Positions 19,606 to 29,049 are shown, numbered from the stretch's first letter. The stretch: DNA of 64,000 nt from an uncultured Acidobacteriota bacterium (GCA_963801615.1 CAWDFM010000004.1:58167-122166); one strand, 5' to 3'. The notes: generated from the letters alone by a model not told the origin. Program-made: numbers and translations.

Positions 19606-20934
19606 TCAATCTTCAGATGCAAGTATCCCATTCAAGATGGTATGGCAGCAGTGGTTTGCTCCGAACCAGTAAGGAATCTCGCGGTAATCATTGACTGCAA
19701 AGACGGCTAAATCGGCGTCCTTACCAGATTCGATGCTCCCTTTGCGATCGGCGAGCCGGAGCGCCCAGGCTCCATTGATCGTCGCTGCCGCGATCGCTTC
19801 CGCGGGCGACATTTTCATGTGCGTGCACGCCAGCGACATCGCCATAGACATGCTGATCGTGGGCGAAGTGCCCGGGTTGTAATCGGTGGCTAAGGCAACT
19901 GGAACTCCCGCATCGATCAGGCGCCGCGCGTTGGGATAATCTTTCAGTCCCAGGAAGTAATTGGCTCCGGGCACAAGCGTGGCGACCGTGTCGTTCTTTG
20001 CAAGTTGCTGGACATCGCTATCGCTCACGTGGTCCATATGATCGAACGATGCCGGCTGGAAACGTAAAAAGGGAACCAAACTGGTCTCGGAAAGCTGTCC
20101 CATATGCGCGCGAACTGCGAGCCCGTTTGCTTCAGCCGCAGCAAAAATCTGCTCGGTCTCCGCGGGCGTGAAAGCTCCGTTATCGCAAAACACGTCCACG
20201 AACTGAGCAAGCTTCTGCCTCGCTGCCCGAGGAATCATCTCTGTACAGACGAGCTCGACGTATTTTTGTGAGCAGCCCTGAAACTCTTTGGGGATAACAT
20301 GCGCGCCGAGCAGGGTAGAGACCGCAGTTCCGGGCCAGGTAGAAGCCGCGTCGCGAATGGCGGCGAGCGATTTCAATTCGGATTCCAGCGTCAGTCCGTA
20401 CCCGGATTTGGCTTCCACCGTGGTGGTTCCGTGCGCAGCCATGTCGTGCAGCGCAGTCAAAATCTTCTCCACCAGTTGTTTCTTCGGGGCATTGCGAACC
20501 GCCTCGAGGCTCGAGCGAATTCCACCGCCCGCGGAGGCGATTTCTTCGTAAGAAGCGCCTTCGATCCGCTTCTCGAAGTCGATCAAGCGCGGACTTACAA
20601 AGACCGGATGAGTATGGGAATCGACAAAGCCGGGCAGGACAACTTTGCCGCCGCAATCGATCTCGGTGACCCTCTTTCGATTCTTCTTGAGCCAGGGATC
20701 GCGCAGCGCATCTTTGGTCGAGCCTACGGAAACAATCTTTCCGCCAACGCAGAGAATCGCACCATCGTTGAGGATGCCAAGTTCCTGAAGATCGGAGCCG
20801 CGTCGCGGACCAGTCGAACCAGAGCGCATGGTTAGAAGCTCGCCTATATTGGCCAGGAGCAGTGGAGAAACGAGGTTCGCTCTTGTTTTCCGGAGGAGCA
20901 CTTGCCGCAGTTTAGCAGTGGGCGGATCTTTCAT
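19606..20934 (-). CDS. hutI: imidazolonepropionase
   Basis: GFVDSHTHPVF metal-binding motif, and VTSGYGL-like and ATDYNPG motifs typical of HutI amidohydrolases. Sits next to hutU. Confidence 0.9.
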   Translation of the reverse strand: MKDPPTAKLRQVLLRKTRANLVSPLLLANIGELLTMRSGSTGPRRGSDLQELGILNDGAILCVGGKIVSVGSTKDALRDPWLKKNRKRVTEIDCGGKVVLPGFVDSHTHPVFVSPRLIDFEKRIEGASYEEIASAGGGIRSSLEAVRNAPKKQLVEKILTALHDMAAHGTTTVEAKSGYGLTLESELKSLAAIRDAASTWPGTAVSTLLGAHVIPKEFQGCSQKYVELVCTEMIPRAARQKLAQFVDVFCDNGAFTPAETEQIFAAAEANGLAVRAHMGQLSETSLVPFLRFQPASFDHMDHVSDSDVQQLAKNDTVATLVPGANYFLGLKDYPNARRLIDAGVPVALATDYNPGTSPTISMSMAMSLACTHMKMSPAEAIAAATINGAWALRLADRKGSIESGKDADLAVFAVNDYREIPYWFGANHCCHTILNGILASED

Positions 20935-21063
20935 GGTTAGCTATCGTAAAGCCATTGCGCGGAATCTCTCTCCCCGAGAAAGAAGCCCAGCAGGAACCGA
21001 ACCTGGCTTCGTGGCTCGGACAACACGGAGCCGCCGGCGGAAGGTAAGTTTCAAGTGAATACG

Positions 21064-21174
21064 TTGGGACAGCCGCCTCGGCTGTCCGGGTCGAGCGAAG
21101 CTCGAGTTTGGTGCTCAGTGATCCCTCCGCCCGGCTTCGCCGGGCCGGACAGCCGAGGCGGCTGTCCCTACATG
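21064..21174. repeat. REP-like nested palindromic element, full copy 3 (internal module inverted relative to copies 1 and 2)
   Basis: Same outer arms (gggacagccgcctcggctgtcc ... ggacagccgaggcggctgtccctacatg). The internal hairpins tcgagcgaagctcga and cccggcttcgccggg appear in reverse order. Confidence 0.8.
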
Positions 21175-21183
21175 CATTTTGCA

Positions 21184-22890
21184 CTAGCCCATGGGAATCT
21201 TCACCTGCGCTTTTTTGGCGAACTCATTCGCCTCGTCATACCCCGCGTCCACGTGGCGGATGATTCCCATGCCTGGATCGGTGGTCAGCACGCGCTCGAT
21301 GCGCTTGGCCATCATGTCGGAACCATCGGCGACCGTGACTTGGCCTGCGTGCAGCGAGTAGCCGATGCCGACGCCTCCTCCGTTGTGAATGGAAACCCAG
21401 GACGCGCCAGCGGCGGTGTTCAGCAGGGCGTTGAGCAGCGGCCAGTCGGCGACCGCATCGGAGCCATCTTTCATCGCTTCGGTTTCGCGGAAGGGGGAAG
21501 CGACCGAGCCGCAGTCGAGATGATCGCGGCCGATCACGATGGGAGCCTTTAACTTGCCTGTCTTCACCAGATCGTTCATGGCCAATCCGAATTGCGCGCG
21601 CTCCCCGTAGCCAAGCCAGCAGATGCGCGCCGGCAATCCCTGGAACTTGATGCGCTTGCGTGCGAGGTCTATCCAGCGGCGCAGAATGCGGTTGTCGGGG
21701 AACAGTTCGAGCACCAGTTCGTCCGTGACATGAATATCCGACGGCTCGCCGGAAAGCGCCACCCAGCGGAACGGGCCGCGTCCTTCGCAGAACAGGGGAC
21801 GGATGTATGCGGGAACGAAGCCGGGAAAGTCGTACGCGTTCTTCACGCCACGCTGGAAGGCGAAGGTGCGGATATTGTTTCCGTAGTCGAAGGTAACCGA
21901 ACCCATTTTCTGCAAGCGCAGCATGCCTTCGACATGGCGTGCCATGGAATCGAGCGACTTCTCCTGATAGGCCTGCGGATCGCGCTTGCGTAGCTCCAGG
22001 GCCTGCTCGAGTGTCATGCCATTCGGCACGTATCCGTTCAGAGGATCATGCGCCGATGTCTGGTCCGTCAGAATGTCGGGAACCACGCCGCGCTGGGCGA
22101 GTTCGGGAATGATGTCGGCGCAATTTCCGACGAGCCCGACAGAAACATTCTCCTTCTTGCGCACGGCGTTCTTCAGGATGCGCAATGCCTCATCGAGAGT
22201 GGAGACCATGAAGTCGCAGTACCCGGTCTTCAGGCGCTTCTTGATGCGTTCGGGATCGACGTCAATGCCGAGAAAAGCAGCGCCTGTCATGGTTGCGGCG
22301 AGCGGCTGAGCTCCGCCCATTCCGCCCATTCCACCGCTGACGATTAGCTTTCCCGCGAGATCTCCGCCGAAATGCTTTTCGCCTGCAGCGGAGAAGGTCT
22401 CGAATGTTCCTTGCACGATGCCCTGCGAGCCGATGTAGATCCACGAGCCTGCGGTCATTTGGCCGTACATCATCAGGCCAGCGCGCTCGAGTTCGTTGAA
22501 CTTCTCCCAGTTCGACCAATGACCGACCAGGTTGGAGTTGGCGATGAGCACGCGGGGGGCGTGATCATGGGTCTTGAAAACGCCTACCGGTTTGCCCGAC
22601 TGCACCAGCAGAGTTTCGTCGTTGTCCAGCTTCTTCAACGTTTCGACGATGGCGCGATAGGCTTCCCAACTGCGCGCAGCGCGTCCGGTTCCGCCATAGA
22701 CGACAAGATCCTTGGGCCGTTCGGCGACTTCCTCGTCGAGGTTGTTCATGAGCATGCGCATGGCGGCTTCCTGCTGCCAGCCTTTGCAGGTGATCTGGTT
22801 CCCGCGAGGCGCGCGAATCGACGGGGAAGATTGGGTCAAGCTTTCGACGGGCATGAATTCATGGTACTGGCTGCGCGATGGGCAAGACAA
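21184..22890 (-). CDS. hutU: urocanate hydratase
   Basis: [32 protein letters not shown] (NAD site), 568 aa. Confidence 0.95.
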   Translation of the reverse strand: MSCPSRSQYHEFMPVESLTQSSPSIRAPRGNQITCKGWQQEAAMRMLMNNLDEEVAERPKDLVVYGGTGRAARSWEAYRAIVETLKKLDNDETLLVQSGKPVGVFKTHDHAPRVLIANSNLVGHWSNWEKFNELERAGLMMYGQMTAGSWIYIGSQGIVQGTFETFSAAGEKHFGGDLAGKLIVSGGMGGMGGAQPLAATMTGAAFLGIDVDPERIKKRLKTGYCDFMVSTLDEALRILKNAVRKKENVSVGLVGNCADIIPELAQRGVVPDILTDQTSAHDPLNGYVPNGMTLEQALELRKRDPQAYQEKSLDSMARHVEGMLRLQKMGSVTFDYGNNIRTFAFQRGVKNAYDFPGFVPAYIRPLFCEGRGPFRWVALSGEPSDIHVTDELVLELFPDNRILRRWIDLARKRIKFQGLPARICWLGYGERAQFGLAMNDLVKTGKLKAPIVIGRDHLDCGSVASPFRETEAMKDGSDAVADWPLLNALLNTAAGASWVSIHNGGGVGIGYSLHAGQVTVADGSDMMAKRIERVLTTDPGMGIIRHVDAGYDEANEFAKKAQVKIPMG

Positions 22891-23105
22891 ATTCCTTCTG
22901 AAGACGGGATCGAAACAAATCCGGAAGCCGCATTTCCCCAGACCAATTTTCGATCAGCTTTAAGTTGGAATCCGGGGACCCGGAGACGATCCCTTCGCTC
23001 TCCCGGTCTAATGGAACGATAGCGTCGGGGGGATTGCGAGCTAGTCCACAGCGCAAGGACTTGCGGGCAATGTCTTGAGCCTAAACTACTTCTTTGTGAT
23101 TTTCA

Positions 23106-23318
23106 TCAGTGAACTTCTGCCGTTACATTCGCAACCTGCGTTACGTGCTCATCGAGCAAGATCAGGTCGTACTTAAACTCGATCACGCCCGATTTCTCGG
23201 GAGTGAATGTGAAATCGTAAGTCTCCCCCGGCGCGATGGTGAATGAAGCGGGGGTTGCAACGGATGGCAGGGGCACGAGGTCCGCGCCATCTTTCGCGAT
23301 AAGCTTCACGGAGAACAC
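23106..23318 (-). CDS. small hypothetical ORF, possibly a cupredoxin-fold fragment
   Basis: The 70-aa sequence VKLIAKDGADLVPLP...TIAPGETYDFTFTP resembles a ligand-less MCO middle domain. No clear RBS. Confidence 0.25.
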   Translation of the reverse strand: MFSVKLIAKDGADLVPLPSVATPASFTIAPGETYDFTFTPEKSGVIEFKYDLILLDEHVTQVANVTAEVH

Positions 23319-23401
23319 GATTATTCCTCAGATTTACCCCACTTTGAACTTATTACCCGTGAATCGCGCGGGATTGATTACTTCAGCCTCGTGTTCACGG
23401 A

Positions 23402-24451
23402 CTAAGAGTTTCCCCTGATTAGGCGAGCGGCCTCATGCAGTGTGTTGACGGCTTCCTCAGGTAGTTGCCCGCTAGTGTCGGGAGAGAGATTCAGCAGTAG
23501 GTTAGCGTTCCGCGTGCGGCAGTCTGCATATTCGCCTGCGATCTTGTCCGCACTCTGAGTCGCAAATCCGGGACGCCAGAGCCAACTATTCATGGGAGGC
23601 ATAGGCTTGTACGGCGGGCCAGTCGGTAACCACGCCTCCATCGGCATATAGCAGGTTTTCCCCTCGAAGTTGATGTGCGGGTCGTGGCCTTCAGGCGGTG
23701 GCAACTCATCCTCCCCGTTGATGACGTCGGTTGGCCAGCTTTTTGGCTCGCATATGCGCCCCAGGTTGCGCTTGCTTTGATAGTAAGCCTGATTCATCAC
23801 CACCATTCCGTGCGGGCTGAATGTTTTGATCAACTCATACAGTTCCCAGCGCTGATCACTTGAGAGTTTCCAGGTAATATCGAGTAGTTGGTACAGGGTG
23901 TTGGGATATTTCGTGTGCAACTCCGTTAGTTGCTGTTTGATCAGCTTGTAATAGCCCTCCTGCACCGGAATGTCCCAGTCGAACTTGCCCTCATTGTGCG
24001 GATCGAGGATGCAGTAATAGAAGCCGTGCTGGAGTCCGTATTCTTTGCACGCAGCCACAAATGCCGCCACAACATCGGTCTTGTTTGGACTTGCGGCGAC
24101 GTCGTAGTCGTAGTCTTTGGCGTCCCAAAGGCAAAAGCCCGACATATGTTTCGCAGTGAGCACGGCGTAGCGCGCGCCCAGGTCACGAGCGACGCGAATC
24201 CATTGCCGCACGTCGAGATTCGTTGGATTGTATGTGCTCGCCGGGACTCCACCGGTTTCGTAATCGTTCCCAGTGAAGGTATTCATGCTGAAGTGGAACG
24301 AGGCGCCGAATTGCAATTTCTCAAATTGGCGCAACCCGTGGGTGCGGTGCGTAGCAGGTTCGATTCGGCACGAAGATCCTTCGGCAATGCGCGGCAACAG
24401 AAGAGCCGAGGACGAGACCGCCAAGGCTTTAGTAAACTCCCGACGATTCAT
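23402..24451 (-). CDS. GH29-like alpha-L-fucosidase, Tat/Sec-exported
   Basis: MNRREFTKALAVSSSALLL signal, LTAKHMSGFCLWD and related GH29-like motifs. Confidence 0.7.
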   Translation of the reverse strand: MNRREFTKALAVSSSALLLPRIAEGSSCRIEPATHRTHGLRQFEKLQFGASFHFSMNTFTGNDYETGGVPASTYNPTNLDVRQWIRVARDLGARYAVLTAKHMSGFCLWDAKDYDYDVAASPNKTDVVAAFVAACKEYGLQHGFYYCILDPHNEGKFDWDIPVQEGYYKLIKQQLTELHTKYPNTLYQLLDITWKLSSDQRWELYELIKTFSPHGMVVMNQAYYQSKRNLGRICEPKSWPTDVINGEDELPPPEGHDPHINFEGKTCYMPMEAWLPTGPPYKPMPPMNSWLWRPGFATQSADKIAGEYADCRTRNANLLLNLSPDTSGQLPEEAVNTLHEAARLIRGNS

Positions 24452-24669
24452 TCTGACCCTTTAAGGGCGAAAGCGACATCGTAAACACTTTCCGCAGTCT
24501 GCGACTGCGCCGGCAAGTCGTCCTGCCACACCACTAATATAACTTTTTCCTGTCGAGGCGCTACCTGAAACCCTAAAGGAATACGTTGAGAAAACGTTTC
24601 GCGACTGGCGTCTGCAACTCGCTGAATCCAAGTGGCCGGATGGGCCCGGAAAAGCTCGTGAGCTAACAA
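24448..24669 (-). CDS. hypothetical small protein
   Basis: Its stop overlaps the fucosidase ATG (ATGA overlap), which suggests translational coupling. The start is non-ATG only. Confidence 0.3.
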   Translation of the reverse strand: MLAHELFRAHPATWIQRVADASRETFSQRIPLGFQVAPRQEKVILVVWQDDLPAQSQTAESVYDVAFALKGSE

Positions 24670-24697
24670 TAGAATTCCGAACGTCTACGTGGGCAAA

Positions 24698-24895
24698 TTA
24701 GCGTAATGCCGCGCTCGCCGTGGCGGCCTTGGCACGCTTGCTGTCACGGACCTGCTCAGTACTAAACTCGCGCCCGCAGACGCTGCAACGCCAGCCAGGA
24801 GTTGCAGCTTGGGCGAATCCTGGCCCTGTTTGCTGATTGGCGTGCCTGGCTCTCACCAGTTCGCTACCGCAATGTGGACACTGTCGTTCAATCAT
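24698..24895 (-). CDS. small zinc-ribbon protein
   Basis: 65 aa with CPHCG ... CSVCG. Confidence 0.45.
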   Translation of the reverse strand: MIERQCPHCGSELVRARHANQQTGPGFAQAATPGWRCSVCGREFSTEQVRDSKRAKAATASAALR

Positions 24896-24936
24896 AAGCT
24901 CAAGCTGAAGAAACTTCCTCCACGCTCTCGGGAGAG

Positions 24937-25794
24937 TTAATTGGCTGGATGGATCGCACGAGTCTCCTCAAGTGTGAGTCGGGAAGGATCGCAATAGCCG
25001 TACCCTTTCAGACAAGCCGAGTAATTCCGCTTGTGTTCGGCGTCAACCAGCATCTTAGCTTCAGTGGGGGACAGCTTGGCATAGTCACAAGTTTCCTCGC
25101 CATCCCTGCAGGACGCTAGGTTGCGCTGTCTTTCAGAGTACGCAGTTTGTTTCGCTTCCTCGGGAGTCAGTTTGGAGTGGTCGCATTCGCCCCAGTCGCT
25201 AACACAATTCCGCGCGTTGCGCACGTGTTCCGCGGCATTCGCATCCCTGGCTTGCGTAGGAGTTAACTGGGCTTGATCGCAAGTGCCGGAGCCATGTTCA
25301 CAATCGGATGCATTCAGTTGTCGAAGGGCGATATCCACTTCCACAGTTTCCGAAGGACTCAGTTTGGAGCGATCGCAGGTGGCCGATCCATCCTTGCAGG
25401 CGGCGAGATTGCTCTGTCCCTTCGCTGTGTCCATTTCGCGAGCCTCAAGCGGAGTCAATTTTGAGCGGTCACAGGATTGCATCCCGTCATTGCAGTCGGA
25501 CAGATTCCGCTGGTGATTGGCTACGGCCAAGGCAATAGTCTCTGGTTCAGTAAGGTTGGCAAGATCACAGGAAGAATAGCCATTCCTGCAATTCACAACA
25601 TTACGTCCGTGAGCGGCGAAGGTCACGTCGGACAATTGTGCTGCATTCAACTGGGATGGATCACACGACGCGCTGCCGGATTTGCAGGCCTCCAGATTTC
25701 GCGAGAGGTCAGAGGGCTGACCGACCGCCAAGAGCGGCCAAAGACTTAACCAGAAGGCTTGGACGCAAAGACATCTCCGCAAATTACCTACCAT
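24937..25794 (-). CDS. secreted tandem-repeat protein: 8 copies of a ~32-aa C-x6-C-D-x-S-x-L-[ST]-x-x-E module
   Basis: Probable start MVGNLRRCLCVQAFWLSLWPLLAVGQ (signal peptide). The upstream part of the tracked ORF runs into a palindromic repeat. Example repeat units: LEACKSGSASCDPSQLNAAQ..., VVNCRNGYSSCDLANLTEPE..., LSDCNDGMQSCDRSKLTPLE... Confidence 0.7.
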   Translation of the reverse strand: MVGNLRRCLCVQAFWLSLWPLLAVGQPSDLSRNLEACKSGSASCDPSQLNAAQLSDVTFAAHGRNVVNCRNGYSSCDLANLTEPETIALAVANHQRNLSDCNDGMQSCDRSKLTPLEAREMDTAKGQSNLAACKDGSATCDRSKLSPSETVEVDIALRQLNASDCEHGSGTCDQAQLTPTQARDANAAEHVRNARNCVSDWGECDHSKLTPEEAKQTAYSERQRNLASCRDGEETCDYAKLSPTEAKMLVDAEHKRNYSACLKGYGYCDPSRLTLEETRAIHPAN

Positions 25795-25820
25795 AATTTT
25801 GCACCTTCGCCCTGCACTCC

Positions 25821-25883
25821 CGTAGAGACGCAGCTTGCTGCGTCTTTCCTGCCAAGCGAGACGTAGCAAGCTACGTCTCTACG
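25821..25883. repeat. nested palindromic element, variant family (gtagagacg...cgtctctac)
   Basis: cgtagagacgcagcttgctgcgtct ... agacgtagcaagctacgtctctacg has the same architecture as the gtagggac...gtccctac family, with outer inverted repeats and each arm self-pairing. Confidence 0.6.
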
Positions 25884-25892
25884 ATAAAATTT

Positions 25893-25924
25893 CTGGAGCC
25901 GATGACCAGGATTGAACTGGTGGC
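25893..25924 (-). other. orphan tRNA 3'-end fragment (T-arm, acceptor 3' strand, discriminator, CCA)
   Basis: Minus strand reads ggcc-ACCAG-TTCAATC-CTGGT-CATCGGC-T-CCA. That is a perfect 5-bp T-stem, a canonical T-loop, a 7-nt acceptor strand and CCA. No matching 5' acceptor, D-arm or anticodon arm follows. Confidence 0.6.
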
Positions 25925-26225
25925 CTTAGGATATTGCGCTGACCGGAGCCCATTTCAGGTTCCGGCCAGCCAAACATCCAGGCAGGTCCTGACGCAACCA
26001 TTCCTTGTCGCCTTTTGCTTCAGGTTCTACGAAACTCAGCGACCATTATGAGCGCACGATGCCGGGATAGCTGGTCTGTATTGCTCACCTGAAGGCTAGA
26101 GTCCCTCGATATCGAGTCTGGCGAAGAATCTCAGATGTCGTTTAAAGCGAGCAATCTTGCACAGAATTGAGAGGCGCGATGTGCCATGGTTGATCTTGCA
26201 GAGTTAGTACGCTGGAGTTTCAATT

Positions 26226-26426
26226 ATGTCCTTCGCCCCGCATCCGTTTCTTGCCAGTCTTCGTAGTCTGCTTGCTTTCTGGGCCGCATCCCTGCGGAAG
26301 CTCCTCAAGATCGAACCACATGCTGGCGACTTCGCCACACAGCGGATCTGCCCGTTTTGCGGACTCATCACACCTCGGCACGAATCATGTTGTTTGGAAT
26401 GTGGCGGGGCGTTCAAAGCAGCTTAA
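26226..26426 (+). CDS. small zinc-ribbon protein
   Basis: 66 aa with CPFCG ... CCLECG and ggag upstream. Confidence 0.35.
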   Translation: MSFAPHPFLASLRSLLAFWAASLRKLLKIEPHAGDFATQRICPFCGLITPRHESCCLECGGAFKAA

Positions 26427-26739
26427 AGTGAGGGGATAGTGCAGATTCTACGCGCTGGCTTCGTATCCACTGTTTGAACGGACGGTGCAATGACTATATC
26501 TGTTCGTACCTGGACAGAACTGGCATGGCACTTCAACAACTTGTCTTGATGGCAATCCCAGCGTTCGCGAGACTGGTGTCCACCGACTTCAAGCATATAC
26601 ATGGGAGAGCCAGTCTTTGCTTCTATTCACAATTGCTCATAATTTCTAAGGGGCACCGGGACTGAGCAATTGTGACCGGACACGAAGGCCGCTGATTTCC
26701 TACCATTTCCCTAAAGGGCGTTACCTTGAGTGAGGCACA

Positions 26740-27024
26740 ATGAAAAGACACTATCTCCATCTTTCGGTTTATCGCTGCGAAAAGTGCCAGGGTCCAGTCG
26801 TGACTGGTTCGGTTGCCGTGCGCCAAAACGAAATATCAAAAGAGACCGAGAAAAAAGAGATCGGGGCGGCCTGCCTCTCGTGCGGCTCCCGACAAAGCAC
26901 AGCGACCGAGGGAGCGGATGCCCGTCACTTGATGCCAATGGAGTGGCCGCCAGTCGATAGCATCAAGACTTCTAGTCTGACCACCGCTTTCGTGGAAGCA
27001 CTCAATCGCGCAGAACTGCTTTGA
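26740..27024 (+). CDS. small zinc-ribbon protein
   Basis: 94 aa with CEKCQG ... CLSCGS and gagg 5 nt upstream of the ATG. Confidence 0.4.
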   Translation: MKRHYLHLSVYRCEKCQGPVVTGSVAVRQNEISKETEKKEIGAACLSCGSRQSTATEGADARHLMPMEWPPVDSIKTSSLTTAFVEALNRAELL

Positions 27025-27075
27025 GGGTTAAAGGCCAAGACGCAGGGAGTGCTTACTGAAGACGACTTCAAGAGA

Positions 27076-27819
27076 TTAGGGACGGAGTCTTAAGTCTTGG
27101 GACATCTGAGTTTTCCGGTGACCCTTTTTGCCTCGAACTCTAGTCGTGGAGAAAACGACATTGAGCAGGGAACTGTGTACCTGCAGAGCGCCTTCCGAGC
27201 CGCCGGCGTAGTGAATGAAGCCCAGCTTGCGGAATCGATTCATGAAGAAGCTGACGCGCGAACGAGTGGTCCCCACCATCTCGGCCAGCGTTTCCTGGCT
27301 GATCTTGGGAACCACGGTTTCGGGGATGCCTTCCTTGCCGAAGCGAGCGAGCAGTAGCAGCACGCGGGCCAGACGCTTCTCGCTGGAGTTGAACAGTTGG
27401 TCAACCAGATCCTCTTCGTATCGGATATTGCGCGCCAGCAAATACGCTACAAACATTTCGGAAAGCGCAGGTTCGCGATGCAGGGCATCCATCATCGTCT
27501 TCTTTTCCACCCGAAGAATCTCGCAATCTGTCATGGCCGCTGCGGAGCCCATTCGTAACAGCTGACCAGCCAGTGATCCTTCCCCAAAAAAATTTCCCTG
27601 GTTCACGATCGCGATCGTGGCTTCTTTGCCGATCTTGGATACAACGGTGAGCCTCACTTTGCCTTTTTGCACATAGAAGATAGCGTCCGCCTCGTCGCCC
27701 TGCGCGAAAATCGCCTGCTTTTTGGCGACCGCCAGGATCTTCCTGCCATCGCCGATGGTGGCGAGGAAAGTGTCGGGGTCGAATCCGCCGTTCTTCTTGA
27801 GTGCGGTGGAAGGGGGCAT
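27076..27819 (-). CDS. Crp/Fnr-family transcriptional regulator
   Basis: cNMP-binding beta-roll (IFAQGDEADAIFYVQKGKVRLTV...FFGEGSL) and C-terminal HTH (ETLAEMVGTTRSRVSFFMNRFRKLGFI). Start taken at MPPSTALKK (248 aa) rather than the track start at 27987. Confidence 0.85.
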   Translation of the reverse strand: MPPSTALKKNGGFDPDTFLATIGDGRKILAVAKKQAIFAQGDEADAIFYVQKGKVRLTVVSKIGKEATIAIVNQGNFFGEGSLAGQLLRMGSAAAMTDCEILRVEKKTMMDALHREPALSEMFVAYLLARNIRYEEDLVDQLFNSSEKRLARVLLLLARFGKEGIPETVVPKISQETLAEMVGTTRSRVSFFMNRFRKLGFIHYAGGSEGALQVHSSLLNVVFSTTRVRGKKGHRKTQMSQDLRLRP

Positions 27820-27985
27820 CTTCTGCAAGTATAGTCTCCGTGAACTGAAGTCGCATAAATCGATTTCAGCCCCTGAGTCCGTAACCAGTGCAGGCGAGTG
27901 GCATCTGGCAGCAAGAGTGGTCACTTTTGAGCAGTTTTTGTTCTCCCGTAAGTCCAACATTACAGCAAATAGGAAACCCTTACTC

Positions 27986-28417
27986 ATGCCACCAACCGTT
28001 CAAGTCGGCGCGATTCTCATGAAGGACTGGCCTGGGATGAAGAAGCTGCTTGGGCTGGAGAGTGAGCCCTATTCAGGACAATGGACTCTGCTCAAGGCTT
28101 TAGACGTCTCTGCTCTAGATCGCAAAATCCATGCTGCCGGGTGGAATTTCTTTTTCATGGCGACCGAAGTCAAGACGATGTTCTTTGGCTCGCTTGGAGC
28201 AGCGAAGGTACAAAGTGCCTTGAAGCGGATTCTAGAGAAGGTGAAGCAGCAGCACTTCAATGGTCTTGAGGTTACCGCAATCGTTACCCGGCATTTCCTC
28301 GGAGTGCCGTACGTGACCGTGTCCGCGCATTCTCGCCATATGCAACAGAGTTGCTGCCTGGATACCGCGGTCGCGCGGCAATCGCTGCAACGCGATGCGG
28401 AATGGGCTCGAGGATGA
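27986..28417 (+). CDS. hypothetical protein (divergent from the Crp gene)
   Basis: 143 aa from MPPTVQV. No recognisable domain. Its stop overlaps the next ATG. Confidence 0.5.
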   Translation: MPPTVQVGAILMKDWPGMKKLLGLESEPYSGQWTLLKALDVSALDRKIHAAGWNFFFMATEVKTMFFGSLGAAKVQSALKRILEKVKQQHFNGLEVTAIVTRHFLGVPYVTVSAHSRHMQQSCCLDTAVARQSLQRDAEWARG

Positions 28418-28893
28418 GCGCAGATTCCGCTACAGAGAGTCGACTTATGAACCCTGATACGAATCAAAGTCTCGATCGAACGCTGGAGTCTGCAATTGTT
28501 GTGTCCTGGCTAGATCTCACGCATGGCGCCCAATCTGGCTTGATTCACGTCGAATACGGCTTTGCTCCAACTGGCACACTGGATTACCTGAAGGTCTGGT
28601 CGTCCATCGCACGAGGTCATTGGCTTCTGGCTTGTGAGTATTGGACCTCAGCGAACACCTTTCACAGCACCGGCGTGCGCTTCGATAACGGATACGAATC
28701 CGCAGGACTGGCTCACATTTTGGAGTTTGTGATGCAACACCAGAATTCGTTTGTGCTTCCCCCGAACCTGGGCCGGCAAGGGCTACTGCAGATTTCGACG
28801 CCAACGGTGGAAGAGAGCACAGCAGCCGCGGCACTGATAAATGAAGTCTTTCACCATCTCACTTCCACGTTTGCAGAACCCGCGGTCGCCTGA
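28414..28893 (+). CDS. hypothetical protein
   Basis: 159 aa from MSADSATE. ATGA overlap with the preceding ORF. Confidence 0.5.
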   Translation: MSADSATESRLMNPDTNQSLDRTLESAIVVSWLDLTHGAQSGLIHVEYGFAPTGTLDYLKVWSSIARGHWLLACEYWTSANTFHSTGVRFDNGYESAGLAHILEFVMQHQNSFVLPPNLGRQGLLQISTPTVEESTAAAALINEVFHHLTSTFAEPAVA

Positions 28894-28908
28894 AAGTCCC
28901 CGCAGCAC

Positions 28909-29049
28909 TCATTTCTCCGAGCCCACCAAACGGCGGTCGCGATGCGGATCCGTGCGGGGCAGCCCCGTGCTAAGCTCGCATTTTTCTCCAGGTTTTGCGC
29001 CACACGTCGGGCATCGAACCGATAACGCTTGTTTCTTTTTGGCCTTCAT
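28909..29049 (-). CDS. 46-aa zinc-finger protein (C-P-x-C-x-A-x-P-G-x-x-C type)
   Basis: Manual translation: MKAKKKQALSVRCPTCGAKPGEKCELSTGLPRTDPHRDRRLVGSEK. Too short for the ORF track. A paralogue lies at 56042..56266. Confidence 0.45.
   Translation of the reverse strand: MKAKKKQALSVRCPTCGAKPGEKCELSTGLPRTDPHRDRRLVGSEK

Noticed and set aside
23094-23109. tTGTGA-ttttca-TCAGt as a third Crp-type box.
   Set aside because: Only one half-site matches, and it lies at the 3' end of a doubtful ORF rather than in a promoter.
24937-25794. About 96-bp periodic DNA repeats, considered as a possible CRISPR array or satellite.
   Set aside because: The repeats are contiguous with no spacers, diverged at the DNA level, and in frame within a signal-peptide-bearing ORF. 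They are coding tandem repeats.
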